Source: a virus
Taxonomy: Duplodnaviria; Caudoviricetes
Length of the DNA: 24,109 bases
Virus record (IMG/VR): IMGVR_UViG_3300044448_003297
Span: 1 to 24,109 of that record
Reading direction: 5' to 3' (one strand)
Part shown: positions 1-9,137 of the stretch, piece after piece
How the letters are laid out: each line of letters starts with the position of its first letter
Numbering within the stretch: the first letter of the stretch is position 1
Made by a program: the position numbers and the translations under genes
Notes under the pieces: model-generated
The model's input: the letters and a program-made list of their open reading frames with translations, nothing else
The model's database searches: none
Told to the model about the DNA's origin: nothing

Positions 1-2
1 GG

Positions 3-296
3 AATGACAACAAAGACTCATTTCAAGGTGAAGATGATGACATTAAATTCTTAGAGTTCGCTCAAGAATCTAATTTGACTGATTTGAACCAAGCATTTAA
101 GCTTTGGAGTTACGATAAGATGCAAGATGAACTTGACCATCATAGACAGTTAGATGGAAATAAACAGCGAAACATGGGGAAAGTCGTTCATAACTCTAAG
201 ATAGGTGCTACGGAAGTTTCATCACCGAAGAACTACAAAGAGATGAAAGACATCAATATAGATGACCCTGATGTCGCTAAGTACTTTAACAGATAA
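3..296 (+). CDS. Partial (5'-truncated) probable capsid scaffolding protein
   Basis: The frame of ORF 75..296 is open back to base 3 (NDNKDSFQGEDDDIKFLEFAQES...). It is charged and helical and lies immediately upstream of the major capsid gene. Confidence 0.6.
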   Translation, partial: NDNKDSFQGEDDDIKFLEFAQESNLTDLNQAFKLWSYDKMQDELDHHRQLDGNKQRNMGKVVHNSKIGATEVSSPKNYKEMKDINIDDPDVAKYFNR

Positions 297-308
297 AGGA
301 GCTAAAAA

Positions 309-1424
309 ATGGCAGTAAGTTCAACAACGATTAATTGGGATGCTTTATCCTCGTTAACTCGTGATAAATTCTTGCCTGTTTTAGTAGATAATATCTTTAA
401 CTCTAACCCTCTAGCAGTGAAGCTTCTTAAGAATGCTGAAAAGTTAGATGGTGGAAGAAAGATTATTACTCCACTAGAATATGCAAAGAATACAGCTCAA
501 GGCTTCTACTCTGGATATGATGTACTAGATACAACTCCATCCGACCCTGTGACATCAGCAGTGTGGGATTGGAAACAGGCGTATGCTAATATATCAATTT
601 CTGGAGAAGAAGAATTGAAAAACTCAGGTGATAGCATGGTGTTATCACTGTTGAAATCTAAAATGGGAAATGCAGAGCGTTCTTTAAAGGACCTATTTGG
701 AACTAAATTATTTGGTTCTGGTACTGCAGCCCCTGGAAGTAACGAAATCACAGCACTTTGTGGTCAAGGTGTAGAAGCGTCAGCAGATTACACAGCAGAA
801 GGAGCAATAATTGACGCAGGGTCATCTGATGCGTGGCACGCCCCTGGTAATATTGATAACTGTGTTATTGGTTACAATAGAAGCCTAGGTGGTGTTAACT
901 CTGATAGCTACACTTGGTGGGAATCACCATTTGCATCGTTTGGACAAGATGCAGATAATGATAACGCAAGAGCTACTTGGAGTGACTTAAGCGAAACAAC
1001 TGATGGTGTTGGTAAAATAGTTAGAAGAATGACTAGAATGTATGGTAAGCTAACTATTGGTAGTGACCAGCCAGACCTCATTATTTGTCCTCAGAACTTA
1101 TACGATGCGTATGAGACATCTTTGCAGGCAAATAAGAGATTTGTTGGAACAGACGCTGGATTAGCAGATGCAGGTTTCTCAACTCTTAGGTTCAAAGGTG
1201 CAGATGTTGTTGCAGATTCACATTGCCCAGATGGCGTAATGTTATTCTTAAACACTAAGTATCTTGACTTTAAGGTTCACAGTAAGAGAAACTTCTCTTT
1301 CCAGGATTTCCAGAAACCAATTAACCAAGACGCTAGGACAGCCAAAATCTTCTGGATGGGTCAGTTAGTATGTACTAACCCAAGAATGCAAGGAATGATT
1401 GTTGGTGGTCCTACTGGCTACTAG
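309..1424 (+). CDS. Major capsid protein (HK97-like, Bordetella phage BPP-1-type family)
   Basis: 371 aa with SD AAGGAG. Motifs 'DNIFNSNPL', 'GGRKIITPLEY', 'YSGYD', 'WKQAYANISISGEEELKNSG' and C-terminal 'WMGQLVCTNPRMQG' resemble BPP-1-type capsid proteins. Confidence 0.9.
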   Translation: MAVSSTTINWDALSSLTRDKFLPVLVDNIFNSNPLAVKLLKNAEKLDGGRKIITPLEYAKNTAQGFYSGYDVLDTTPSDPVTSAVWDWKQAYANISISGEEELKNSGDSMVLSLLKSKMGNAERSLKDLFGTKLFGSGTAAPGSNEITALCGQGVEASADYTAEGAIIDAGSSDAWHAPGNIDNCVIGYNRSLGGVNSDSYTWWESPFASFGQDADNDNARATWSDLSETTDGVGKIVRRMTRMYGKLTIGSDQPDLIICPQNLYDAYETSLQANKRFVGTDAGLADAGFSTLRFKGADVVADSHCPDGVMLFLNTKYLDFKVHSKRNFSFQDFQKPINQDARTAKIFWMGQLVCTNPRMQGMIVGGPTGY

Positions 1425-1438
1425 AAAGGGGGTGTAGA

Positions 1439-1954
1439 ATGAGTCAATATAGATTAGAAGCAGGAATACCTCCTGTAAGTCTAGCAGACATTGAAGCTGG
1501 AGTAAATGATGCAACAGCAGAACACACTCTTGGGGACACTATACAATTTGACTTAGGCAAGATGTTTGTTTATGTTCAAGTTAAAGATGCTCCAACTACT
1601 CTAGGTAGTGGAACTGGTGCATCTAATGGTGCTGTGATGCAAAACAAAAGTGCATCCAACCCATTCATAGTTACTTGCGACAGGTCAGCTGGTTTGGCTG
1701 CAGGTGGTGTTACACAAAAAGCTATGGGTGTTGCACAAGGAGATGTTACAACAGATTACTATACTTGGATACAGGTCAGAGGGTTTTGTGACTATGTAAG
1801 AACAGATGGTACTTGTACAGCAGGTGCAGCAATGGCAATACACAGTGTAGATGAAGAAGCGAGTCTCAGAGCAACTTTAGAAGATAATTTTGGTACTTCT
1901 TTAGTTGATGATGGAGGTGATGCTTCAACAGCAGCGTTTTTATACTGTTGGTAA
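1439..1954 (+). CDS. Capsid cement/decoration protein
   Basis: 171 aa, small, Gly/Ala-rich and beta-rich, directly after the MCP. Has 'MFVYVQ' and 'GVAQ..VTTDYYTWIQVRG' motifs and SD AAGGGGG. Confidence 0.7.
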   Translation: MSQYRLEAGIPPVSLADIEAGVNDATAEHTLGDTIQFDLGKMFVYVQVKDAPTTLGSGTGASNGAVMQNKSASNPFIVTCDRSAGLAAGGVTQKAMGVAQGDVTTDYYTWIQVRGFCDYVRTDGTCTAGAAMAIHSVDEEASLRATLEDNFGTSLVDDGGDASTAAFLYCW

Positions 1955-1985
1955 GTAGTAAATAACTCTTAAACGAGTAACAAAC

Positions 1986-2013
1986 TGGGGGCAGGGTAAC
2001 TTGCCCCCATATT
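1986..2013 (+). terminator. GC-rich hairpin, probable attenuating intrinsic terminator after the capsid genes
   Basis: TGGGGGCAGG-GTAA-CTTGCCCCCA: 10-bp stem with a GNRA loop, followed by a weak U-tract (TATTT). Confidence 0.7.
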
Positions 2014-2023
2014 TGGAGATAAG

Positions 2024-2866
2024 ATGACAGGAGCAGATATGATGCTTAGTTTAGGTTACCGAATGGAAGACCTAACCGAAGCAAACTTTACAGAAGCACA
2101 GAAATTAGTAGCACTAAATGATGCACAGCGTCAAGCGATATCAATGCTATCAAATGATGCACTTGTTCATTTACAGACCTCAAGGACAATGGGGAGTGCA
2201 ACAGCAGATACAGACTTAGGGAGTTTGCTATATTTTAGCTTACCTACAAGCTCTGCAATTATAACAGATGTAACAGCGACAGCAGCAGACCCTACAGTAT
2301 TTACTAAAACTTCACATGGATTAGTTGATGGAGATATAGTTAAGCTTTATGATTTTACACAAATGACAGAAATTAATGGAATGACAGGAACAGTAAACCA
2401 ATTAGATGGAAATACATTTGAAATTAATGGAGTAGCAGCAGACCCTGCAGAAACTTCAATAAGTACTGACTTGGGTGGTACTGTAGAAAAATTAGAAACA
2501 TCAATGACTAGAATAGTAAGTGTATATGACGATACTAACGATAGATTTGTAGAACTAACAACAATAGCAGCTATTGGGGACCACACAGCATATAACTACG
2601 GAACTAAGGGAGCATTATTTAACAACAGACTTTATGTATCATCTTCAACAGCTACATCAGATTGTACTTTAGTATATATAACATCCCCTACAGATATAGT
2701 AGATACAGCTACAGAAATAACATATTTAAGTGACTCAGTACAACAAGCAATAGTAGAGCTAGCAGAGGCATTACTATGGAGACAAGATAATAGACAAGGT
2801 AGGGCAACAGCAGCAGCAAATAATGCAGCAGCTATGCTACAAGCAATTAATGGTCTGGGAGTATAA
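2024..2866 (+). CDS. Head-tail adaptor (tail tubular A-like) with inserted beta-barrel domain
   Basis: Helical N-terminus 'LVALNDAQR' and helical C-terminus 'VQQAIVELAEALLW'. Internal 'TKTSHGLVDGDIVKL...MTEING...NTFEI' resembles the E1-FCCH-like domain of phage structural proteins. Confidence 0.65.
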   Translation: MTGADMMLSLGYRMEDLTEANFTEAQKLVALNDAQRQAISMLSNDALVHLQTSRTMGSATADTDLGSLLYFSLPTSSAIITDVTATAADPTVFTKTSHGLVDGDIVKLYDFTQMTEINGMTGTVNQLDGNTFEINGVAADPAETSISTDLGGTVEKLETSMTRIVSVYDDTNDRFVELTTIAAIGDHTAYNYGTKGALFNNRLYVSSSTATSDCTLVYITSPTDIVDTATEITYLSDSVQQAIVELAEALLWRQDNRQGRATAAANNAAAMLQAINGLGV

Positions 2867-5800
2867 TGCCAAGAATTGAAGTAAATTTAGACGCAGGACT
2901 AAACACACAAGATGACCCAAAAAGAGTCGGATTTAATGGCTTTACTACTTTAGAGAATGTACGCCATGTAAACGGAAAGTTAATTAAAAGATATGGCACA
3001 GGAACACAATCTAGTGCTATTACAGGAAATACGGATTGCAAAATCACCAACGCTGATATATTTGTTCATAGAAAATTAACAGGTGTGAAAATAGTTGATG
3101 TCAACACAAATAATTTAACATTTACATCAACAACCACATTGACTATAGGTGGGACTATAAACACCACTAATATTAAAATTCCTGGAGGCTCAACAGACCT
3201 TACAACAATATTTAAAGCAGGAGATACAATAGTTTTATCCACAAATGCAGTTGTGAATGGTGGTGGTGCTTGTACAAATAAAGATAAAGCTCTTGTCATA
3301 AGCTCAGTAACAACAAACACTATTGTATTTACAACAGCAGTAGCTAATGAAGCAGTAGATAATAATGGGTCAGCAGGTCAACACGCAACTATTTCATTTA
3401 TATTTGATAGGCAAGATGATGGAGCAACTCCAAATAATTTGCAAATTAATGATGGAAATTCCTATGATGGAAGGGCATTAATGGTGACATGGGTTGATGG
3501 TTCTGATATGAGAATAGGTATGTTAAATGCCAATGATTATGGAGACCTTGACACAATAGATATACTATCAGGTGCGTCTGATATGCACATTAGAATGAAA
3601 ACATACACAGACGGAGTTAGATTTGCCTGTGGACTTGAGCATTCTCCATTATTACTTAAGTATGTTAATAGGCATCATTTCAATGGAATGCTACAGCGTG
3701 ACTATAACGCTGATGCACATACAATGTACCCTACATTTTTCATAGATGAGGCTGTTCCAATTATATCAGCCAACACTATTACAGAAAATAATTCTAGTAC
3801 GCCAAAATATATAGATGGTCTTTTAGATTTAAAAAATAATACATATGATTATAAATTCGTCCCAGTGTATGATGGAGTGCAGGAAGTATTATTAGAATCT
3901 CCTATATTAGAGGGTACAACAAGACAAATGGATGCTAAACTTACAGAGCCACTTGGAATATTGTCAGCAGAAAGGTCTGCATATCTAATGACTGGGAAAA
4001 TAGACCTACAACTATTAAATCCACGAATGAGTGCAATTAATGTATATAGAAGCACAAATGGTGGAACATACTTTAAAATTAAATCAATATATATGGGTGA
4101 TAATGACCCTAATCAAAAGCAGGTAGATTTATATGGAGCTAGAGATACTCTGTGGTTCAAAGGAGACACAACACCTTCAGCAGACACAGATTTTGATAGC
4201 TATGAATTAATTATAGATGGGTTTAGATATGAGCCACATCATGGTAACTTAGAAATTAACTTTAATTCATCAGGATACCATTTAGTAAATACTAATGATA
4301 GCTATGCAAGCACTTTTGGTAATGTAGTTAGAAACGATGCAAATATGTCAAGCGAATACTATGGCTCTTACAATATGAGTAAATTTAACCATCCATCAGA
4401 AGCTACAGAACTTATATTTGCAGATAGTGGAGATGTCATCGGAGGTAGTCCTAACGGAGGTTGGTACTTTGCAGGGGCAGAGACAATAGATATTATTGAT
4501 GATGGAACTGATATTGACCCTCCAGGAGCAAGTACTGCTGATGCTATTTCACTAACGCAAGGTGACACTGATACCCCTGGACCCTTTACAACAAATTTTA
4601 CAACAGATAACTCTGGCGATGGAGGCTCTACAGACGAAATACACCTTAAATTTTGGTCATCAGGGGCAGCAAATACTGATATGAAAAGGTGGAGACTCGG
4701 TGGCTCTGCTGCAGTTTCTACAACCAAACATATAATTAGTGGCTGGATTAGGGCTGAAGGGTTTAGTGATGGAGATGCAAGATGGAGGCTATTCGTTTCA
4801 GATTCATCTGGACATGACCAAGAATCAGCAGAAGGGTTGCAAGATATAGCAATCGGAAAAGGTGGCACCAATCAAAATATTGACAAATGGAGATGGTTTC
4901 AATACGAAATAACACCATCAAGCACAACCCTATATATGTATTATTTTAACTATATACCAGACAATGTTGATAATGCAGCAGTGTATGTAAAGGGTCTTTC
5001 TGTTAGACCAGCAGTATCCAATTACACATTTGATGATAATTTGGTAGGCTTTGCAGGTAAAGATATTGGGATGTCAAAAGCATTTCAAGACGAAGGATTA
5101 CAGAATGGAATCTTAAAAGGAAACAGCATACAAATTCATCTTGACAATGCATACTATCCAACAAGAGATTATACAGATAGGTCAGTCATTGTTGATAATG
5201 TTGATGGTTTTGTGAGAGTGGAGGATATGATACCAGACCTTGGTAATAATAACTCTGCCTTAACGCCAGATAGTGATACTTTTTTCTATAGCACATCTAA
5301 TTATCAATTTTATAGTTATGGTACAAATGGAGCTAACGATAATGACATGAACCAATATATGTTATTTGATTTTTATGACCCAGGATTGCCAGATGGAACC
5401 AGACACCAAAACGATGGAGTTACGTCCTTAGATGTTAAATTTAAGTACGCCACGATGCTTAATGGTAGGCAGTTTGTTGCTAATGTTAAAATTACAGGAG
5501 ATGAGGATACTGAAGAGTACCCCAACTTTGTAATGTACTCTAACCCAGGAGCACCAGACATTATCCCTACAAGTAATTTTATTAAGCTTGACGACCTCCA
5601 AGGTGGAGAGATAGTTGGAATAGAATCCCTAATGAGTGACATAGTTGTATTTATGACAAAAGGAATCTTTAGAATTAGTATCCCATCGGCTGACCCATCA
5701 AATTGGAGTTTAGTAGAGGCTCACCCTAATATAGGTTGCCTACACGATAAGGGGATTACAAAAACGCCTAATGGGATATTTTTCTTATCGCAAGAAGATG

Positions 5801-6447
5801 TAATATTTTTAAATTCAGGTTTTTCTGCAACACCAATAACATACCCAATTAGAGATGAATATCAGGCAAATGTTGCAAGTAGTTCAGCTATTATGAAAAC
5901 ACATTATGATGTAAAATATAATAAACTATATATAACAAAAAGCGTATCAACAACTACATTTTTTTGGACATATGATATTTTAAGACAAACATGGGCAACT
6001 GAAAAACATGGAAGTGTTGGGTACGATGAGTTTGCACTAGATAATGACAATAATACTTTATTAATAGAAAGTAGCTCAAATGGTAGTGGTGGTTCTGGAA
6101 ATAATAGTTATATAAGAAAGGCAGTCAATACTTCATCCTATCAAGATAAGGGAAGCCAAACTATAACGATAAAAGCGTGGACTGGTGAGCAGGAGTTAAC
6201 CCCATACGACCAAAACGCCTATATTAGAAGAGTTAATACCAATACAAATAAAGGTGGGGGTTCAGTTGGTATGGAGTTGGAGGTTGGAGGTGAAGGTATG
6301 TATACAGTAACAAAAGAAGAATATCTAGATGGGGTTCAGTCAACTCGTACAAGCCAAAGAGGAAAAAGTGTAAGGATTAATATAACAGACCAATTTAACG
6401 AGAATAATGTAAGAGAAATTTCAAAAGTAGATGTAGAGTATGAGTAG
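2866..6447 (+). CDS. Tail nozzle / DNA stabilization protein (tail tubular B, P22 gp10-like) with large insertions
   Basis: 1193 aa. N-terminal 'GLNTQDDP...LENV...GKLIKRYG' and beta-propeller-like C-terminal half ('NGRQFVAN','YSNPGAPD','GEIVGI','IVVFMTKGIF','IGC','GIFFLS'). Confidence 0.75.
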   Translation: MPRIEVNLDAGLNTQDDPKRVGFNGFTTLENVRHVNGKLIKRYGTGTQSSAITGNTDCKITNADIFVHRKLTGVKIVDVNTNNLTFTSTTTLTIGGTINTTNIKIPGGSTDLTTIFKAGDTIVLSTNAVVNGGGACTNKDKALVISSVTTNTIVFTTAVANEAVDNNGSAGQHATISFIFDRQDDGATPNNLQINDGNSYDGRALMVTWVDGSDMRIGMLNANDYGDLDTIDILSGASDMHIRMKTYTDGVRFACGLEHSPLLLKYVNRHHFNGMLQRDYNADAHTMYPTFFIDEAVPIISANTITENNSSTPKYIDGLLDLKNNTYDYKFVPVYDGVQEVLLESPILEGTTRQMDAKLTEPLGILSAERSAYLMTGKIDLQLLNPRMSAINVYRSTNGGTYFKIKSIYMGDNDPNQKQVDLYGARDTLWFKGDTTPSADTDFDSYELIIDGFRYEPHHGNLEINFNSSGYHLVNTNDSYASTFGNVVRNDANMSSEYYGSYNMSKFNHPSEATELIFADSGDVIGGSPNGGWYFAGAETIDIIDDGTDIDPPGASTADAISLTQGDTDTPGPFTTNFTTDNSGDGGSTDEIHLKFWSSGAANTDMKRWRLGGSAAVSTTKHIISGWIRAEGFSDGDARWRLFVSDSSGHDQESAEGLQDIAIGKGGTNQNIDKWRWFQYEITPSSTTLYMYYFNYIPDNVDNAAVYVKGLSVRPAVSNYTFDDNLVGFAGKDIGMSKAFQDEGLQNGILKGNSIQIHLDNAYYPTRDYTDRSVIVDNVDGFVRVEDMIPDLGNNNSALTPDSDTFFYSTSNYQFYSYGTNGANDNDMNQYMLFDFYDPGLPDGTRHQNDGVTSLDVKFKYATMLNGRQFVANVKITGDEDTEEYPNFVMYSNPGAPDIIPTSNFIKLDDLQGGEIVGIESLMSDIVVFMTKGIFRISIPSADPSNWSLVEAHPNIGCLHDKGITKTPNGIFFLSQEDVIFLNSGFSATPITYPIRDEYQANVASSSAIMKTHYDVKYNKLYITKSVSTTTFFWTYDILRQTWATEKHGSVGYDEFALDNDNNTLLIESSSNGSGGSGNNSYIRKAVNTSSYQDKGSQTITIKAWTGEQELTPYDQNAYIRRVNTNTNKGGGSVGMELEVGGEGMYTVTKEEYLDGVQSTRTSQRGKSVRINITDQFNENNVREISKVDVEYE

Positions 6448-6556
6448 TATAGGATATAAATCTCAAGATGCAGAAATAAATAAGTTAATTGCAAGACTTC
6501 AGCAGATAATATCTGACTTAGAGGCAAGAATAAAAAAATTAGAACAAGGAAGTTAA
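6440..6556 (+). CDS. Small coiled-coil protein, 38 aa (not in ORF track)
   Basis: MSSIGYKSQDAEINKLIARLQQIISDLEARIKKLEQGS*. Exactly fills the gap between the nozzle and the next adaptor and has a heptad pattern. Confidence 0.7.
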   Translation: MSSIGYKSQDAEINKLIARLQQIISDLEARIKKLEQGS

Positions 6557-6557
6557 T

Positions 6558-7505
6558 ATGACATGGGATAAATTAGTAGATAGATGTTTGCTTTTCACAG
6601 ATGCTCCAGGTGGTTTACTAAAAGAGCTTTTGAAGGAAGCAGAAATAGAGCTTTCAGATAAACTTATGTTATTTGAGGCGTTATATAAGATTAAAGTCCC
6701 ATATACAGACTATGGACTTGGAGAGGGTTCTCATGATACTGTAAGGGAGCATAACTACGCAAAGCTCCCCCTTAACTACCTACAAGATATAGGGGTTACC
6801 CACAAGGGAACACGCTTAAAGAAAATGACAGAGGATGAAATTCATCGCAGTACCACTGGACAGACATACACAGGAACGCCTACAGCGTACTCAATATCAG
6901 GAAATTTTATAGTATTTAACTCAGCACCTTCAAGGGGCGATGATTTTATATTACATTATAAATCTAGATTAACCGAGGAAACAAGAAATAAGATTTACAC
7001 CCTACAATATTATAGTGCTATTGGACCAACAGTGTATATAGATACCCCATTAGGTGGACTATTGGATGGCAAGAAGCTTCATTTTGAGGGTCAAGTACGA
7101 ACATTGTCTGGGGGTAATAATTCAGGTGCGACAATATCTGCAGGCTTGCCAGACACATCATTTACTAATTATCTTGGGGCATTGGTTGCAGGGGAGTCTC
7201 CTGATAGGATTGGAAGCTATTATACTTTAAATAGTGCTTTTTCAGCCGAGGGCTCCCTATCAGGCTCTGAGTGGTCAGATGCGATTGGAGCGATGGTAAC
7301 TGTGCTTGGAGTTAGGGATTATCAACCTTTAATCCCTGGCCAGTTCCATACATCTTTATGCGACTATGCTATAGCAATAGCAAACGCTAAATCCTCGCCA
7401 GATATATATAACACTTATTGGACAAAATGGATTATGAACATGGAAAACTTAATTAACGAATCAGCAGATAGAGACCTCTTTCATAGTGTAAGGGAGGAAA
7501 TCTAA
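6558..7505 (+). CDS. Second adaptor-like (tail tubular A-like) virion protein
   Basis: 'GTPTAYSISGNFIVFNSAP...FILHY' and C-terminal 'PLIPGQFHTSLCDYAIAIA' are typical of podoviral adaptor proteins. Confidence 0.65.
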   Translation: MTWDKLVDRCLLFTDAPGGLLKELLKEAEIELSDKLMLFEALYKIKVPYTDYGLGEGSHDTVREHNYAKLPLNYLQDIGVTHKGTRLKKMTEDEIHRSTTGQTYTGTPTAYSISGNFIVFNSAPSRGDDFILHYKSRLTEETRNKIYTLQYYSAIGPTVYIDTPLGGLLDGKKLHFEGQVRTLSGGNNSGATISAGLPDTSFTNYLGALVAGESPDRIGSYYTLNSAFSAEGSLSGSEWSDAIGAMVTVLGVRDYQPLIPGQFHTSLCDYAIAIANAKSSPDIYNTYWTKWIMNMENLINESADRDLFHSVREEI

Positions 7506-8245
7506 TGCAATTATTAGAACAAATTGATGGATGGGTTCAAAATGGACCTTATGGAAACGACAAGCAAATGCCAGACCCAGTCACTATGGCTGTTATACTG
7601 GGGTCTAAGATAGTAGGTGGCGTAATAAAGAGACAGCAAGAGAAAAAATTAATTGCAGAGCAAAAAAAGGCAGGGCTTAAACAATTAAAAGCTGCAGGAA
7701 GGATGTCTCCAGAAGAAGCTCAGGCTATGAGTAGAATGAAAAAAGGTGCAGAGCAAGGCACCATGAATGTTGAAAAGTTAAATATGCAAATGGCACAGCC
7801 ACTCTATCAACAAGGGGAAGCTCAAGAGGCTCAGGCGATGGGGAAAATTACTGCACAAGGCTTAGAGGGCTCTATAATAGCCCAAGAAGTGTCTAGGAAG
7901 ATTGGTGCAGATGTGAGAGCTTCTATAGCAACACAAGCTCGCCAAATAGCTTTGGAGAACGAAAGGACAAAAGCTGATGCAGAACGTAGGTACCAAGAAT
8001 CTTTAATGAAACGAGGAACCCTAATGCGAGAACTTGCGATGAAGAGAGCAGGCGTTATTAGTGGGGCAAAATTACAACAGATGCAATCAAAGCAAGGTCA
8101 GGCATTAGCTGCCTATGAAGCTGGTGCAGATTTTGCAACTGGGATGAGTAAGGATTATTCTAATCAAAATACATATACTGCAAATGAAGACACTCACCCA
8201 AATGACCCAGAGCAGTGGGGTAGACGTTATGATAGACCAGATTAA
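7505..8245 (+). CDS. Internal virion / ejection (pilot) protein
   Basis: 'MPDPVTMAVILGSKIVGG' hydrophobic segment followed by Ala/Gln/Met-rich helices. SD AGGGAGG, TAATG overlap, and position just before the giant protein. Confidence 0.65.
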   Translation: MQLLEQIDGWVQNGPYGNDKQMPDPVTMAVILGSKIVGGVIKRQQEKKLIAEQKKAGLKQLKAAGRMSPEEAQAMSRMKKGAEQGTMNVEKLNMQMAQPLYQQGEAQEAQAMGKITAQGLEGSIIAQEVSRKIGADVRASIATQARQIALENERTKADAERRYQESLMKRGTLMRELAMKRAGVISGAKLQQMQSKQGQALAAYEAGADFATGMSKDYSNQNTYTANEDTHPNDPEQWGRRYDRPD

Positions 8246-8256
8246 TAAGGGGCAAT

Positions 8257-9135
8257 ATGGATAAAAATAAAATATTAAATCATAAAAAAATAGCAAAAAA
8301 TAAAAGACTTTCTCCAAATTCAAAGTATTTAGTGGGAAGATATATAAGGGAATTTAAAGACCAAGACCTCTATATAATTACAGATGAGAATGGAAATGCT
8401 ATAGATGTAGTTAAGGGCAAAGATAAAGCCAATGAAATGCTAGCCCCACTTGAAAAAAAGCAGGAATATGAAAATAAATTTAATAAAATAATAAACAAAG
8501 AAAAGTCTAACGCTGTAAAAGATAAGCTTGAAAGGCAAAAGTTAATAGATAGATATAAGTCTTCTGGTGAAGTACAAAGAGAAGAATACGAAAAAGCTAT
8601 GGATGAGTATTTTACAGTGAGCAAGAACTTATCCGATGCTATTACTAAATACAAAGATGACAATATGGACTACGAATCAGAAGATGCCGATTTAATATCA
8701 AATATTCCTAGATTAAAAAATTTACAAAAGAATAAAGTGAAAGCCATGACAAAAGCTTGGGAGTTTGCACAGCTTGGTGAAAGAGATTATAGAGATGAAG
8801 CAATAGACGCTTTTGGCAATATTAGAGCTGAGGATTATGGAGAATTTACCCCTTCACAGCCAAAAAATATAAAGGAATATAGAAATTATAAAAGTAAATT
8901 TGGTCAAAGTGTAAGTGGTTTCCCTGAGCTTTTAAGTAATAAAGACATAGACCCAAGTAAGGTTCATTCGGTTAGAAGACCTGATGGTGCCCCACCTAGT
9001 TATTATACAGGAAGTGGGGAAACAGACACATTTGGAGATACTAAATGGGATAAAGTAGACCCAAGTACGCTCATTCCACCACCAAGAAAGACTTTTACAG
9101 AGGATGACTGGCTCAGACTACTTGCGAAAGATTAA
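8257..9135 (+). CDS. Hypothetical protein, probable internal virion protein
   Basis: 292 aa, charged, SD AAGGGG, lying between the pilot-like and giant ejection genes. Confidence 0.5.
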   Translation: MDKNKILNHKKIAKNKRLSPNSKYLVGRYIREFKDQDLYIITDENGNAIDVVKGKDKANEMLAPLEKKQEYENKFNKIINKEKSNAVKDKLERQKLIDRYKSSGEVQREEYEKAMDEYFTVSKNLSDAITKYKDDNMDYESEDADLISNIPRLKNLQKNKVKAMTKAWEFAQLGERDYRDEAIDAFGNIRAEDYGEFTPSQPKNIKEYRNYKSKFGQSVSGFPELLSNKDIDPSKVHSVRRPDGAPPSYYTGSGETDTFGDTKWDKVDPSTLIPPPRKTFTEDDWLRLLAKD

Positions 9136-9137
9136 TA

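Noticed and set aside
1415-1445. Readthrough or frameshift fusion of the capsid and cement proteins (TAG followed by AAAGGGGG)
   Set aside because: The slippery-looking run lies after the stop and is simply the SD of the next gene. In-frame readthrough hits TGA after five codons.
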